Shown: positions 39,531 through 51,173 of the stretch, one piece after another
Numbering within the stretch: the stretch's first letter is position 1
Layout: each line of letters starts with the position of its first letter
Origin: Stylophora pistillata
Lineage: Eukaryota
Length of the DNA: 64,000 nucleotides
Direction of reading: 5' to 3'
Assembly (NCBI RefSeq): GCF_002571385.2
Contig: NW_019217940.1
Location: 1 to 64,000, forward strand
Made by a program: the position numbers and the translations under genes
Notes under the pieces: model-generated
Seen by the model: the letters and a program-made list of their open reading frames with translations, nothing else
Told to the model about the DNA's origin: nothing
Databases searched by the model: none

Positions 39531-39843
39531 CCTTGGATAACTTAGTTATTAAATTAGCTTTTTTTCATAATTTATTATATTTTCAGTTGTAAATACCAAA
39601 ATTCATAAATATCAGAAGCTGAAAAAGAAATAAATGACCAACCATTGCACAATTTAGCAGTAAGCTGAATTTTTTCATTAAAAAGCACAAACTGTAACTT
39701 ACAGTTATTGTAAAAATAACTGCTGGAGGGTGTAAAATCATATGATTTGACAATATTAGTTAAAGATCTATACAAGAGTTAATGAAATATAGACAATTAA
39801 GTTACAAAAGAACAAAGTTGTACTAAAATAAAAAACAATTCTG

Positions 39844-42800
39844 TTAGTCTCTGGGCAGATCAATGCAATCTAGATATTGAGAGACTTGATCAGCAAGCTC
39901 CTTATTTCCAGCAGCTAATATACGACGTGCCAATAAGTCCAGTGGCTTCCCTATCACAAGAAAATACCTCCTATCAATTTATTTCTGATTACCTGCTAAA
40001 CAGTATCATGGTGTGACTGATAAATTAACAATAAACTTTGCTGCATTGTAATTTGGAACCTGCCTGATTCAGTTAATGTAAATTCTCTCAGCAGGAAGGC
40101 CTTGAGTTTTTTTTTCCCCCTCAATTATTTCAGTTTCAGAGACAATATTAAACAAAGTGGACTACACAATTGCTAATATGATCCACAGTACAATACTTAA
40201 AACAATGCTACAGCAAGGTCTTATCTTAAAAAAGAAACTTGAGAATTCAAGAATTCAAAAAATATAATTTTATTAAGGATTTTTTGAGACCATCAAATTT
40301 AGAGGCCACAATTTTTAGTATTTTCCATAGCAACAAAAACACAAATAACTACTACCTGGTAACTTTTTATGCAAGAGATCAGGTTGTAAACAAACAACAT
40401 ATTTACAAACCTGAAGGATCAAGTGTGACTCCACCAGCCTCTTCAACAATGATTCCAGCTGCTGCAATATCCCAGACATGAATTCCACATTCATAATATA
40501 ACTCTGCCTCACCACTGGCTACAGAGCACATGTTAAGGGCAGCTGATCCCTGAAGTCTGATGCTGGGTGAAATAAAGATAGTTATAATAAAAATTATAAT
40601 TTCATTGTTGATTTACTGTAAGGTATCAATGTCTGATTTATCAATCTTTACCTGTGAACTGCAATAGGTTTCTCTGCAAGCCTTCTGAGATTTGACATGA
40701 CAACATTCACGATTTCAGGATCCCTGGAGGAGCCCAGTTCCGTAATAACGAGAGCTTTGCTTAGATCTATGAAGTAATGCAAGTTGAGATTTGTAACAGT
40801 AAAGCTAACCAGGGAACAGTGATGTTGCATTATCCATCTGCTCCTAATCACTGCTCTCCATTGTCTGAATGCATTTCTCATTAGTGTAGCTTTGAGAATT
40901 TTTGCTAACTCAAACAGTATTCCCTTGTTGATACTGTATTTCCTTTCTTCTCATCAACCGTCTACTAGAAAATGTATCAATAATGCAAGGAGAAATTCCT
41001 TTCTGGTCACTCCTGGGAGTGACAAGACAAACAGGGAACCACAATCTAAAGGAAATATCTGAACGCATGACTCGGGTGATTGATAAGTCAAATCAAACAA
41101 GTCATGAAAATAACAAGTCAAGGAGATACACCTGCCAAATTCTATTCTGGGTCAGGCATAGCAGCCATAAGGCTGTAACATCTACCACAGAGACTGACAT
41201 ACTTTGGCTGTATACTAATGTTCTTTTTCATTGCATGAATCAAGTAAACAGAGCAGCTTACTGGACAAGACTTATTATCTTGCCTAAGATTATAACACAA
41301 TCAATGACGAGATACAATGAATATATGAAGACCATATATTTTGAACTGCGGTATTAGATACGTATGATGCACGATCCTCGCAGTAGATAGCACTATTTAA
41401 GCAATAGCGAAAAACAGACCTGAAAAAAATCAGGCCTGTACGGGACTTGAACCACTGACCTCTGCGAGAGGTTAGTGGTTAGGTACTAGAGCGCTGCACT
41501 AGTATCGCAGAGGTCAGTGGTTCGAGTCCCGTACAGGCCTGATTTTTTTCAGGTCTGATTTTTGCTATTGCATAAATAGCGCTATCTACTGCGAGGATCG
41601 TGCATCATACGTACAATCAATGACCTCCCCTGATCTTGAACCTGCAGCAAAAGGTAGGTAAAGGCTGCCCTTGTGCTCATCCCAGTTACTGTAGCATGGA
41701 GTGAAAAGGAGTATTACCACCCCCCCCCCCCGGATAGTATACCAGTCCATCTCTAGGTTACCTCCCATCATTTCATGAGGTTTCTTTGACAGTTCACAGG
41801 CAGGGTTGTCATGCACTGAAAGTAAAAGGACTCCGTGTCTTCCGCACATTTGATCAAGAGTCCAGGGTAATCAAAATTATACTGATGTGTCTCCTACTGA
41901 TTGATTAAAATAAATAACAGAACCATCTTCTCTCTCTCTTTGCTACATTCACTAATTAAGTTTACCTGTTACACTTGAACAATGAATTTGCTTTCCATTA
42001 CAAAATGCCCCTGTGCCTCTTCTTGCAGTAAACATCTGGTCTTTTATTGGATTGAATACTATCCCAACCTCCATCTAATAGAGAATATTCATTCAGATTT
42101 ATAAACACATTCAGTCAAACACAGTACATGGTTTGAACTCAGGAGTAATTGTCTTGTCTGAAAGTTGTACATAAATATGCTTATTATTATTTTATACAGT
42201 TCAAAAAGTGTCACTGTTATCATTTTTTACATCACCCTAAGAACAAGTTAAGGGTTCTACTGTTGATGTGCTTTCCTTAAGGCATGATGTTCTCACATTC
42301 ACCATTTTCATCTGGCCCTGCTTGTTCAAAGGGTGGACAATGGTATCCACTGAATCAACCTCTACGCAGTAGAAGGCATGGTACATTTTGCTAACATTCA
42401 TCCACTGGATAGCAATATGTCATTTAGATAGTATTATCTGCTCTTAGAACAACTGAACCCTGTAGTTTAGTGATTTATCAAAAGAAGACCAACAGGTTTG
42501 TACTCGTATGAGGGCTTACTAAAAGATATTAATGACCAGCTTCCAGTTGGCGTGTTAGCTCAGTTGGTAGAGCACTGCACCAGTATCGCACAGGCCATGG
42601 GTTCAAATCCCACACAGCCTGAATTCTTTTCAGGCCTTATTTCCACTACTACATAAGTAGGGTTAATTGCTGCAAGGATTGCTTTCACACATTTCTTGAA
42701 ACTGCAGTACACATACTGCTATATGATTTTCATACATTCACAGAGTTAATAGATGTACCTGTTTATTGATTGCCAGACCAATACAAATAGCCACCATAGG

Positions 42801-45234
42801 ATATCTGAGGAAAAATAATCTAATCATTTATTGTTTTTGACACCAAAATAATTTGAAATTTGTATAAAATTACATGAAAAAGTTCTGAAACATAAGTGAA
42901 GCTCATCTAAAAGACATACTAGACAAAAGTTATTCTCAGTCATTAATCAATTATGGGCAGTCTATTAGCTTAATATAGAATGATTTGGAGGAACAAGAAG
43001 TTAAGCTTGACAGAATTTTTGAACAGACAAATAAAAGATTGAAGTATATCACATTTGATCAAACAGAACAATTCCATATTTGTTTTATGTCAGCAAAAAG
43101 GCAAACCCTGAAAGACAATGGCTACAACTATTCCTTATGTAAATGATAGATATTTAAGAATCCTTTTTTCATTCCATCCTTTTTAGGGAGTTTGATTAAA
43201 GGATATACCTCATTTTAAAGGATAACTTAGATAGATTTTCATGTTTCTAACTAACCTGTGAACAAAGTTTGTTGTACCATCAATCGGATCAATTATCCAT
43301 GTGGGATTGTTTGTGAAAACGCTCTTCTTTCCAGCACTTGCTGACTCTTCACCAATAAAACTGAAAAGCATATACCACTGTTTTGCTTAATTTCAAACTT
43401 TCCTGAAGAAAAAAATTCAATGCAATTTGACTTGTGCATATCTATACACACAAGAACATAGCTATGAGTCCACATACTATCCTGGTAATAACTGCAATAG
43501 TTATAATTATAATGATAATTAACAATTATTCCACGAGTGTGCATTGGATATGAGATGATAGATAGCCAAGGAGGCGCGTAGCGCCGAGTTGGCTATAATC
43601 ATCTCATATCCAACAAGCGCGAGTGGAGTAATGGTTTAATTAAAAACGTTAAAATAAATTATTAAATTTTATTAAATTTTTANNNNNNNNNNNNNNNNNN
43701 NNNCAGTAAATTACTGGTACACCATATAGTATCATTATCCATTTAACAAGTAAATAACAAATTATTACCTGTGAGATGGGAATTTTTCTCTTAGGGTTCT
43801 GATAATCAATTCCTCTATATACTTGTCTGTTTCTGTCACCAAATCTGTTCCACATGACTTTGTATCAATATTCTTTTCCTTGTGAAAAGCTTCAAACACC
43901 ACCTATGTACAAGAGGTTAGCAAATGACCCTAAAAATAAGTAATAACCAAGCATGATCTAGACATTTTTACAGTTTTTAAGGCATAAGATATTTGCTTTT
44001 TTGCAGATGACTTAGTCACATATTTCTAGATGTGTTCCAAAAGTTTCCAAAATTGCCTTGAAGTTTCCATGCAAGTTTCTATTCAACTGCTCTCCAATGT
44101 TGTCCCTTCCAAAATCCAAGGTTTCTTGGAGAGTACCATGATATCACTTATTTTTTTCTTATCCTAACTTGGTTTAAGCTTGTCTATATTTTGATTGAAC
44201 ATTTCAAGTCAAGAGTGCAAGTTTTTTAACCCTTTAACTCCCAGAAGTGATTAACTTGTAATTCTCCCTACAATATCCACACATTATCCAACAAATGGGT
44301 AATGAGAATACTCATAGTTATCAGGTAGAAGTTGGTTTGTTGATCTAACACTAAATTCTCATAACTAATGTACAAGAAATGTGTAGCAGCCAGAAGGGAG
44401 AATTAACGATCAGATCTCTGGGGCAGATCCAGGATTTAGTCAAGGGGGGTTCGGAGAATTGTCCCCCTCTTGAGGGGTCTGAGATTTTCAAAATTAGGTC
44501 TTTGGAAACATGATTTCCAGTGTTCTGAGGGAAAATTTAGGGGGTTTGACCGAACCCCCCGAACCACCCCTGGATCTGCCCCAGGATCTTTAACTAGTCA
44601 TGAGATACTGGATGATGTGGTTAAGGTCAAAGTCTTTCATCCACTGGTGTGAAAATCACACTTAAAGCATGAGAACTGGCTGATGTAAGATGCTAGCTAC
44701 CATTAAACATTAAAAAGAACTGCTTAGACAAACTGGCAAAAGAATCAAAGTGAAATTTCGTGTCTCATCTCCAGCTTCCCTGATAATACTATAATCTTTA
44801 ATGAGGATGCCACCGTCACAAAAGTGGTTTACAGGAGGGTCCTCTTAAGTTAAAAACTAGTACAAAGATAAATTACAAATAGTAACAAATTTTGTTTTCC
44901 TTGCAAAACGGCAACCATGATGACCCATAGTTGCCCATAGATGATGCAGCTAAATTGTAATACGAATTTTCAAACCACTTCCACTTCGAGTTATCTCCAA
45001 GAGGGGAACCAATTAGTATATACAACGTGTATAATTTTCAAGCCAAATTATGGTTACTATTCGTTAGTACAACGATCAAGGCGTAGATGAATTAGTTTTG
45101 CATTGTGCAATTAAGAAGAAGTAGTAAGGAAAGTTTTATTAGCTTACATGCCCTGCCTTCCGTGCTATATCCACCGCAGCATCAAAATATTCCTGAATTT
45201 CTTGTTCAGCTGTTTGCAAACTATCGTCTGCCAT
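39844..45234 (-). CDS. IMPA1: Inositol monophosphatase, 8 exons (45234-45148, 43902-43769, 43360-43256, 42804-42759, 42074-41966, 40766-40652, 40562-40411, 39950-39844), 284 aa
   Basis: DLVTETDK; FIGEES; [15 protein letters not shown]; [13 protein letters not shown]; [19 protein letters not shown]. Phases close (855 nt). Confidence 0.95.
41310..41613. mobile_element. Two tRNA-derived SINE copies head-to-head, forming an inverted repeat
   Basis: 41359-41467 is the near-perfect reverse complement of 41505-41613; B-box GGTTCGAGTCC. Confidence 0.85.
42530..42745 (+). mobile_element. tRNA-derived SINE (diverged subfamily)
   Basis: TTAGCTCAGTTGGTAGAGCACTGCAC...GGGTTCAAATCCC followed by a SINE-like body. 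Confidence 0.75.
43683..43703. other. Assembly gap (N run)
   Basis: Run of N. Confidence 0.99.
44418..44584. mobile_element. ~165-bp MITE inserted near the end of a TTAA-MITE
   Basis: TIRs CTGGGGCAGATCCAGG / CCTGGATCTGCCCCAG. Confidence 0.75.
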
Positions 45235-45351
45235 GTTGGAAATTTTTTCCAAAACACGCCAAGTGAATCATGGGTAAAGTCAAGTCACGCTAGCCTGATC
45301 CTGATTTTTGACGGAAGAAGAAGCTTTCATCCGTGAAAACCTATTATTTCA
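45235..45351. promoter_or_regulatory. Probable bidirectional promoter IMPA1/ASRGL1
   Basis: 117 bp between divergent ATGs. Confidence 0.65.
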
Positions 45352-47937
45352 ATGCCAAAATTTCCAGCGACAGTGAGTCATTCTGATGAAACTTCCAGGC
45401 CGTGCATCATTGTTCATGGAGGTGCTGGGGAAATCCCAATACCTCGCAGAACATCCTGTCTCTCCGCTGTGAAGGAAGCGGCCAAGATTGGATATCTAAT
45501 GCTCTTGGAAGTAAGCCTTCCAGAAAATCTTATTAGTTATGGGTGCAAATGATTCTGTGGTGTGTTTTTTTGTTTTTGTTTTATGTTTTTGTTTTTTGGT
45601 GTTGTTTATGCTGTTGCAGTAAACTTACAGAGTTGACAGTCTTGGTAGGTAAGAGCCCTATCTATCGGAGAAGGGGTAGGGGAAAAGAAATTAGTGGATG
45701 TTGGTGAACAAAAATTTTATTCAGCATTCAATAATAATAAAGAAAAAACTATGGAATTGGTTTTCAGGGGAAAAGTGCATTGGATGCAGTGGAGGCAGCT
45801 ACACGTAGTATGGAGGACAGCGGAGTTCTAAATGCAGGACGAGGATGCTACCTTACGGAAGAAGGAACTGTTGAACTTGATGCTATGATCATGGATGGTC
45901 AAACCTTAAACACTGGTAAGGTTATTGGGGTACTTTACTTTTATTACAACTGATTAAGCAGAAGGACAACAGCAGCTTTAATCCACCATAGAAGTAGATG
46001 GCAGATGACATTCCTCTCTAAAGGGTGTATTTAAGAGCTTAAGTTTGAAATAAACCTCCATTTTTCACTGTAACCCCTTTCTAACATTTATAATGTTGGA
46101 CTATTACAGAAAACAAAATGTAATATTGTGCAGGTGGGGGGAGGGAGGGGGAAGAGAATAGATGGTATGGTATTCCAGAACTTTTTTATTTCAGAGATAA
46201 TGTGCCAACTTTTTGTTGTTGTTGTTGTTGTTGATTGTAGCTACCCAGATGAATGTGGCAGTTATACAGTATCTGAACTTGGGGCAGGCAACATCTTTCT
46301 CCAATACCACTAGGTAATATTTATTGCATCCTCCTAATTGTTCAATCCATTTTTGGTTTCAAGGAGCGGTGGCCTGTGTCAAGAATATTGCAAATCCCAT
46401 TTCTTTGGCACGCAAACTAATGACAGACACATCTCACTGTATGCTGGCTGGGGAAGGAGCACTGAAATTTGCAAGAAAAATTGATTTTCCCATTTCGGAA
46501 GACCCTAGCCTGTTGATCAGTAATCGTTCACAGCAGTTATATTTAGAGAAAAAGTCCAAACAGGAAAATCTGGAAGAAAGTGCAAGTTCTAAAAGCAAGG
46601 ACTCCAATCTTCAAGATGACCACAAGAAGAAAACAGAAACCCAGTTTGATGAACATGATACAGTTGGTGCAGTTGCCATTGATACCAATGGCCATATTGC
46701 TGTTGCTGTTTCAACAGGTAATAATAGACCAAACATAGGTGACTCTTCAAGTTTACCAGCAATTTATATATGAATTCATAATTAACTTTGTATCACAACA
46801 TACACATGTGTTGTGATACAAACTAAGCCTAACTGAGTTGAGATTAATGATGAGCATGCTGGATCTTGGGTCACGAGGTACAGGTTCAATACTGGCACGG
46901 TTTATGCTAAGCACCAGCTACTGGGAAATTCGCTGGATGAAAGAGAGGAGATTGCTGGCTGGATTTTTGGCAGGCAGTTTCTTGGTAAAGCACAATGGGC
47001 ACTTTCAGTTTGAGGTTACAGACTTAGCCACCTCACTTGAAATCTCAGCTGGCAGCATAATTTCTTAGTTACAACCCTGTACTAGGCTGGGTGATTGAGT
47101 TTTGTTCTTAGGCACAATACAGTGCTTCTCTCCACCCAGTAGTAGTAATGGGTGCTAGGGAACTGTTAAGACTGAAGCGGGGAAAAGGTTTTGCGTGATG
47201 CAGCATTACCGGTAAGTGTTTTTGAATTTGAGTGACCAGTGAAAATACGAAATTGAAACCCCTTGAACTGGGAATTTTTTGTTTTTTTGCAATACATAAA
47301 CTTTTTAAGGTTCAACTTAAAAAAGTTGTATATCCAATTTTTCATGATGCATCATTTCTAATTTTTGGAGTGTGTGAAATGTGTAGAGGACCTCCTTTTA
47401 CCCCCCTCTGTTAAGAGAATCTGACAGAGGGCTGGAGAGATCAGCTTCAGCCAGATGGGCAATTTCGCTCAACTGCTAACATAACCTTGCCTTAAGGCGA
47501 TGAGGAGTGTTTTTCTTCATTCTGAAGTATGCTTTTTTCTTATACCAGGAGGTACTTCTAACAAGATGTGTGGCAGGGTAGGAGACTCACCCCTGGTGGG
47601 GTCAGGTGCTTATGCTAATCAGCAAGCAGGTGCTGTATGTACTGGTCATGGAGAGTCCTTACTTAAAGTACTCTTATCTAGAGATGTTGTGTACAGTGTG
47701 GAAAATGGAATGACACCACGTTATGCTTGTAGAAAAGTGATTAGTAAGATGGCTGAGCAGACAGGAGGTCATGGAGGTGTTATTTGCTTGGACAAGTTTG
47801 GAAATATCGGACTGGAATTCAATACAGGACGAATGGTGTGGGCATCTGTTACAGATGAAGGTTTTCTGAAATATGGAATCGATCCTGGAAAGGAAATCAT
47901 GAACTATGACTCTCCACTGAAGAAAATGTTGGAATGA
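45352..47937 (+). CDS. ASRGL1: Isoaspartyl peptidase/L-asparaginase (Ntn hydrolase), 4 exons (45352-45510, 45768-45915, 46364-46717, 47549-47937), 349 aa
   Basis: IIVHGGAG; SALDAVEAA; NAGRG; [10 protein letters not shown]; NPISLAR; autocleavage site HD/TVGAVA; STGG; [12 protein letters not shown]; TGHGES. Confidence 0.92.
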
Positions 47938-50900
47938 TTTGCATGAGCTTACTAATTGATATGAAAGATGTATAAGTTCTTATTGGCTGTTTAATAAGAG
48001 GTAATTTATCTTTAAATGATTGGGCATACTGATTCTAATCTTCATGAACAAAGAAGTCAGTGAAATTTGCTTTCAGAAGATTATGATTTATAAGTAAATT
48101 GATATTTTCTGTCACACAGTTGTTTGCATTCTCTTCATTCTAAACAAAATTTTTAAACTTTTTACTTTTAATCTTATTCCTGCACTATTTTTAAATAGTT
48201 TGAAAAAGGTTTTTTTATATATGTGTAGCAGGGGCAGGGCACCCATTTCTCCGCCCGCGAGAAGATTGGAGACGAATCAGGGAGAGGTTGCCGGGGGTAT
48301 GGCACTAATTTTAAGTGTTAGACCCTTTTGCTGAGCTCTCGCCTGTTCGCGTTGTTCAAGGTCCCTCAAGACATGACATTTCCCCTTGGAGAAAGATTCG
48401 TGCCTAGGCACGAATAAAATGAGGATCTCCTCGCAGACTTTTTCAAAGATCGCTAGGATTGTTTTCTTGCAAATAATTAACTTCAATTTATTGGTGTTTT
48501 TCTTTTAAGAGGCCTTTCTATTAAGTCAGCAATTTTAGTCACTGTTAAGAATTACTCTCTTAAAAATAATAAAGTTTCCCTAAAGAGATGTGCTCTATTT
48601 CGCTCCTTTCTGAACAAAACACCCTTTTACAGAGTTCTCATGTGACCATCAAGTGTGGAGTGGGTTTTTTGACGTGTATTCTTTTTGTTTTGTTTTGTTT
48701 TTGTTTGTTTTTTTAAGACTGTAATCCACTTGCGTGCAAAGAAATTTACGATCTTTCTCTGCTGCACGCGAATGAGGCACTCCCTTTCGAATGTCCTCAC
48801 ACGGCGAAGAAGCATCCATTTATCGTTTTAGCGCATTGCTGTTTACTGTGATTTATCAGGTGGCGAACATGTGAAGAGATTTATTGCACAGTTTGTCTGT
48901 GTGATCAAAGTTCTAAAGTCCATAGCTTCCGCTGGGGGAAGAACGAAATGCAAATATTTTCTTATGGAACATTCTCATCAGCATGGTTTTTCAAAGTTGT
49001 TCTTCGCGGTTGGGAGTTTCTTCCGGACTGAAAAAAAAATGAAAACATTCGGTACAAATACTGGGGCCACACATGCACATACCAACTAGGTAATGTATTA
49101 ATTTGCAATCAAATTTGTTCTCTTAGCGAAGAGTACCGTCTGTACCCAAACATTTGCAGAATATGTTTTGTGTGTGAGTTCCAAGAACATGTCTCGTTTC
49201 ACAGTCATATCTGGGAAAAAAAATCCTACATTTTACATCTATGACCCTTTTTGTCCGCCTTCTGCGGGATATCAAGGTCACAAAATCTGTCGACGAGGGT
49301 TAGGGTGAAGATATGTCCGGATGTGACGTGGACATACCGGGGGTTACCGTTTCCGTTTGCCATTAGTTCAAGTTTCTTTCCTGCAGGCGTAAGCAACTTA
49401 GTTTATTTTTCATTCTCTTTGTTTTTCAATTTTTTTGTTGTTGTCTTTTTCGATGAACACACAAAATATAGGCATAGGGTGCTGTGCAGTGACTTGAGCG
49501 TCCGGATTGTTCTGATCGACCGGATATCGATGACGCCTTAAGATTTAAGGGCTACCGCAGGATTGTTTTGAAAGTGAGCTTTGCAGTGAGCTTAAGTGTA
49601 TATACAAAAAAAAAAAAAAGCTCAAGTTCAACCGAATACGGAATTGTACAACTGATTATTTGATCTGTATCGACCCATGCCTATCCCCCTCCTCAATTTT
49701 CCTCCTTCCCCTTCCCCCCCCCTCCCTGAGATCTACTTGTCGAGGCCACCATTTAACAATGTGCCGTCCCAATACGTTTGGCTTTAGAGCCGTTTCAGTT
49801 TGAAATTGGAATAGATATTAAACGTAATGGTTTATAAGGAAACCACAAGAACTCATTCGTCTTTTCAAAGCAAAAAGAATATCAATCAAAATACATGATT
49901 CGGCCTGAATGGGTTTCCAATTCGCACAGATGCGAAGCTTGACAACGACAGAAAAAGAATGATGGATCATGAATCGAGAGCAGCGATACTTGCAATTTTT
50001 GACAGTTCCATCTGAGAATACTCGCACTGTGATTGGTCAAGGACTTCCAAGCTCTCTCGATCAAATTTATGGGTCTGCCGGTAAGTTGACGTCAAATCAC
50101 GCCACTAGCCCCTCAATTTGTACTTTGGTCGTTCTGTTAGGGGAAATTGTTTTTGTACTAAGCCAACGCGAATTTTGCAGCTCGTTTTGGGGAATCGCGC
50201 TCGTCGCAATTGTGCACTCCTAAACAATAACTGTCCCTTGAAACTGGAATCTCAAATAATTTGGTCTAAGGATTCGCCACGGTTCATTTGAGTGTTTCAC
50301 GACAGGATCCTCCGTCAGTCTTTCGTTGTTACACGCCTTGGGACAACATCCCCAATAACGGCGAAGAAAAGGTATTTAGTGTCAGTATGGGAACTTTATG
50401 GTCAATTGCTTAAATTAATTCTAATTATTTTACTTTTCTTATGCCAAGATCGACCATGGCTTAGAAAATTTTCCTGCCCAGAGTAATGGGGTAAATTGGG
50501 GAAACCTAGCAAGGCCATTTTTTTGTATTTTGACAATATTTTGAGTAGGCAAGAAAGGTATGCGCAAAGATTGCCTTACACATTGGCGTGAAATTATTTG
50601 CAGCCTCTTTCTTACACTCTTCTGCCAGTCCCTGTATCAGGGAAACTCTCCTGGCTCCGAATTGCGTGACGAGCTTATGGCGAATTCCCATCTTTCTCTT
50701 CTTGCCTTTCAAATAACCGACGAATTGCGTGACGAACTGTTAGGTGTCATATATCAACTGCTTGTAGTGAAGCTTAGGTCAAGGTTTCATCTCTTCGTCA
50801 TTTTTTTGTTTAAAACGATAAACATTCTTTCCCATTTTTAAAAAGACCTTACTATAGGAAAGTATCCTATATCTTGAAGAAAAGCTTTTGGAAGTACTAG

Positions 50901-51173
50901 TGAGAAAGAAAAAAGCGACAAAAAAGTTTCAGGTAAGCGTTAATAAGTATAAGATAAGACGATTTCCCTCGTAAAACCTGTCAATGATTAACGCGCATGG
51001 CTTCAAAGTCATTTCCAGTTGAATTTGATACACTCAAGTTGCCGCTTTCAAGTTTCTTGTTGAAGCCGATCGCTAACTCACTTTCAGATTTATATGGCAG
51101 CTAGAACATCCTAGAATCCACCAAAGATAGCAATCGGTCTGAACTTTTAGACTGAAAATTCAAACGGGTCGTG

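Noticed and set aside
42548-42625. tRNA gene (also 8570-8650 and 41485-41540)
   Set aside because: A/B boxes are present, but there is no clean cloverleaf and each continues into a shared SINE body.
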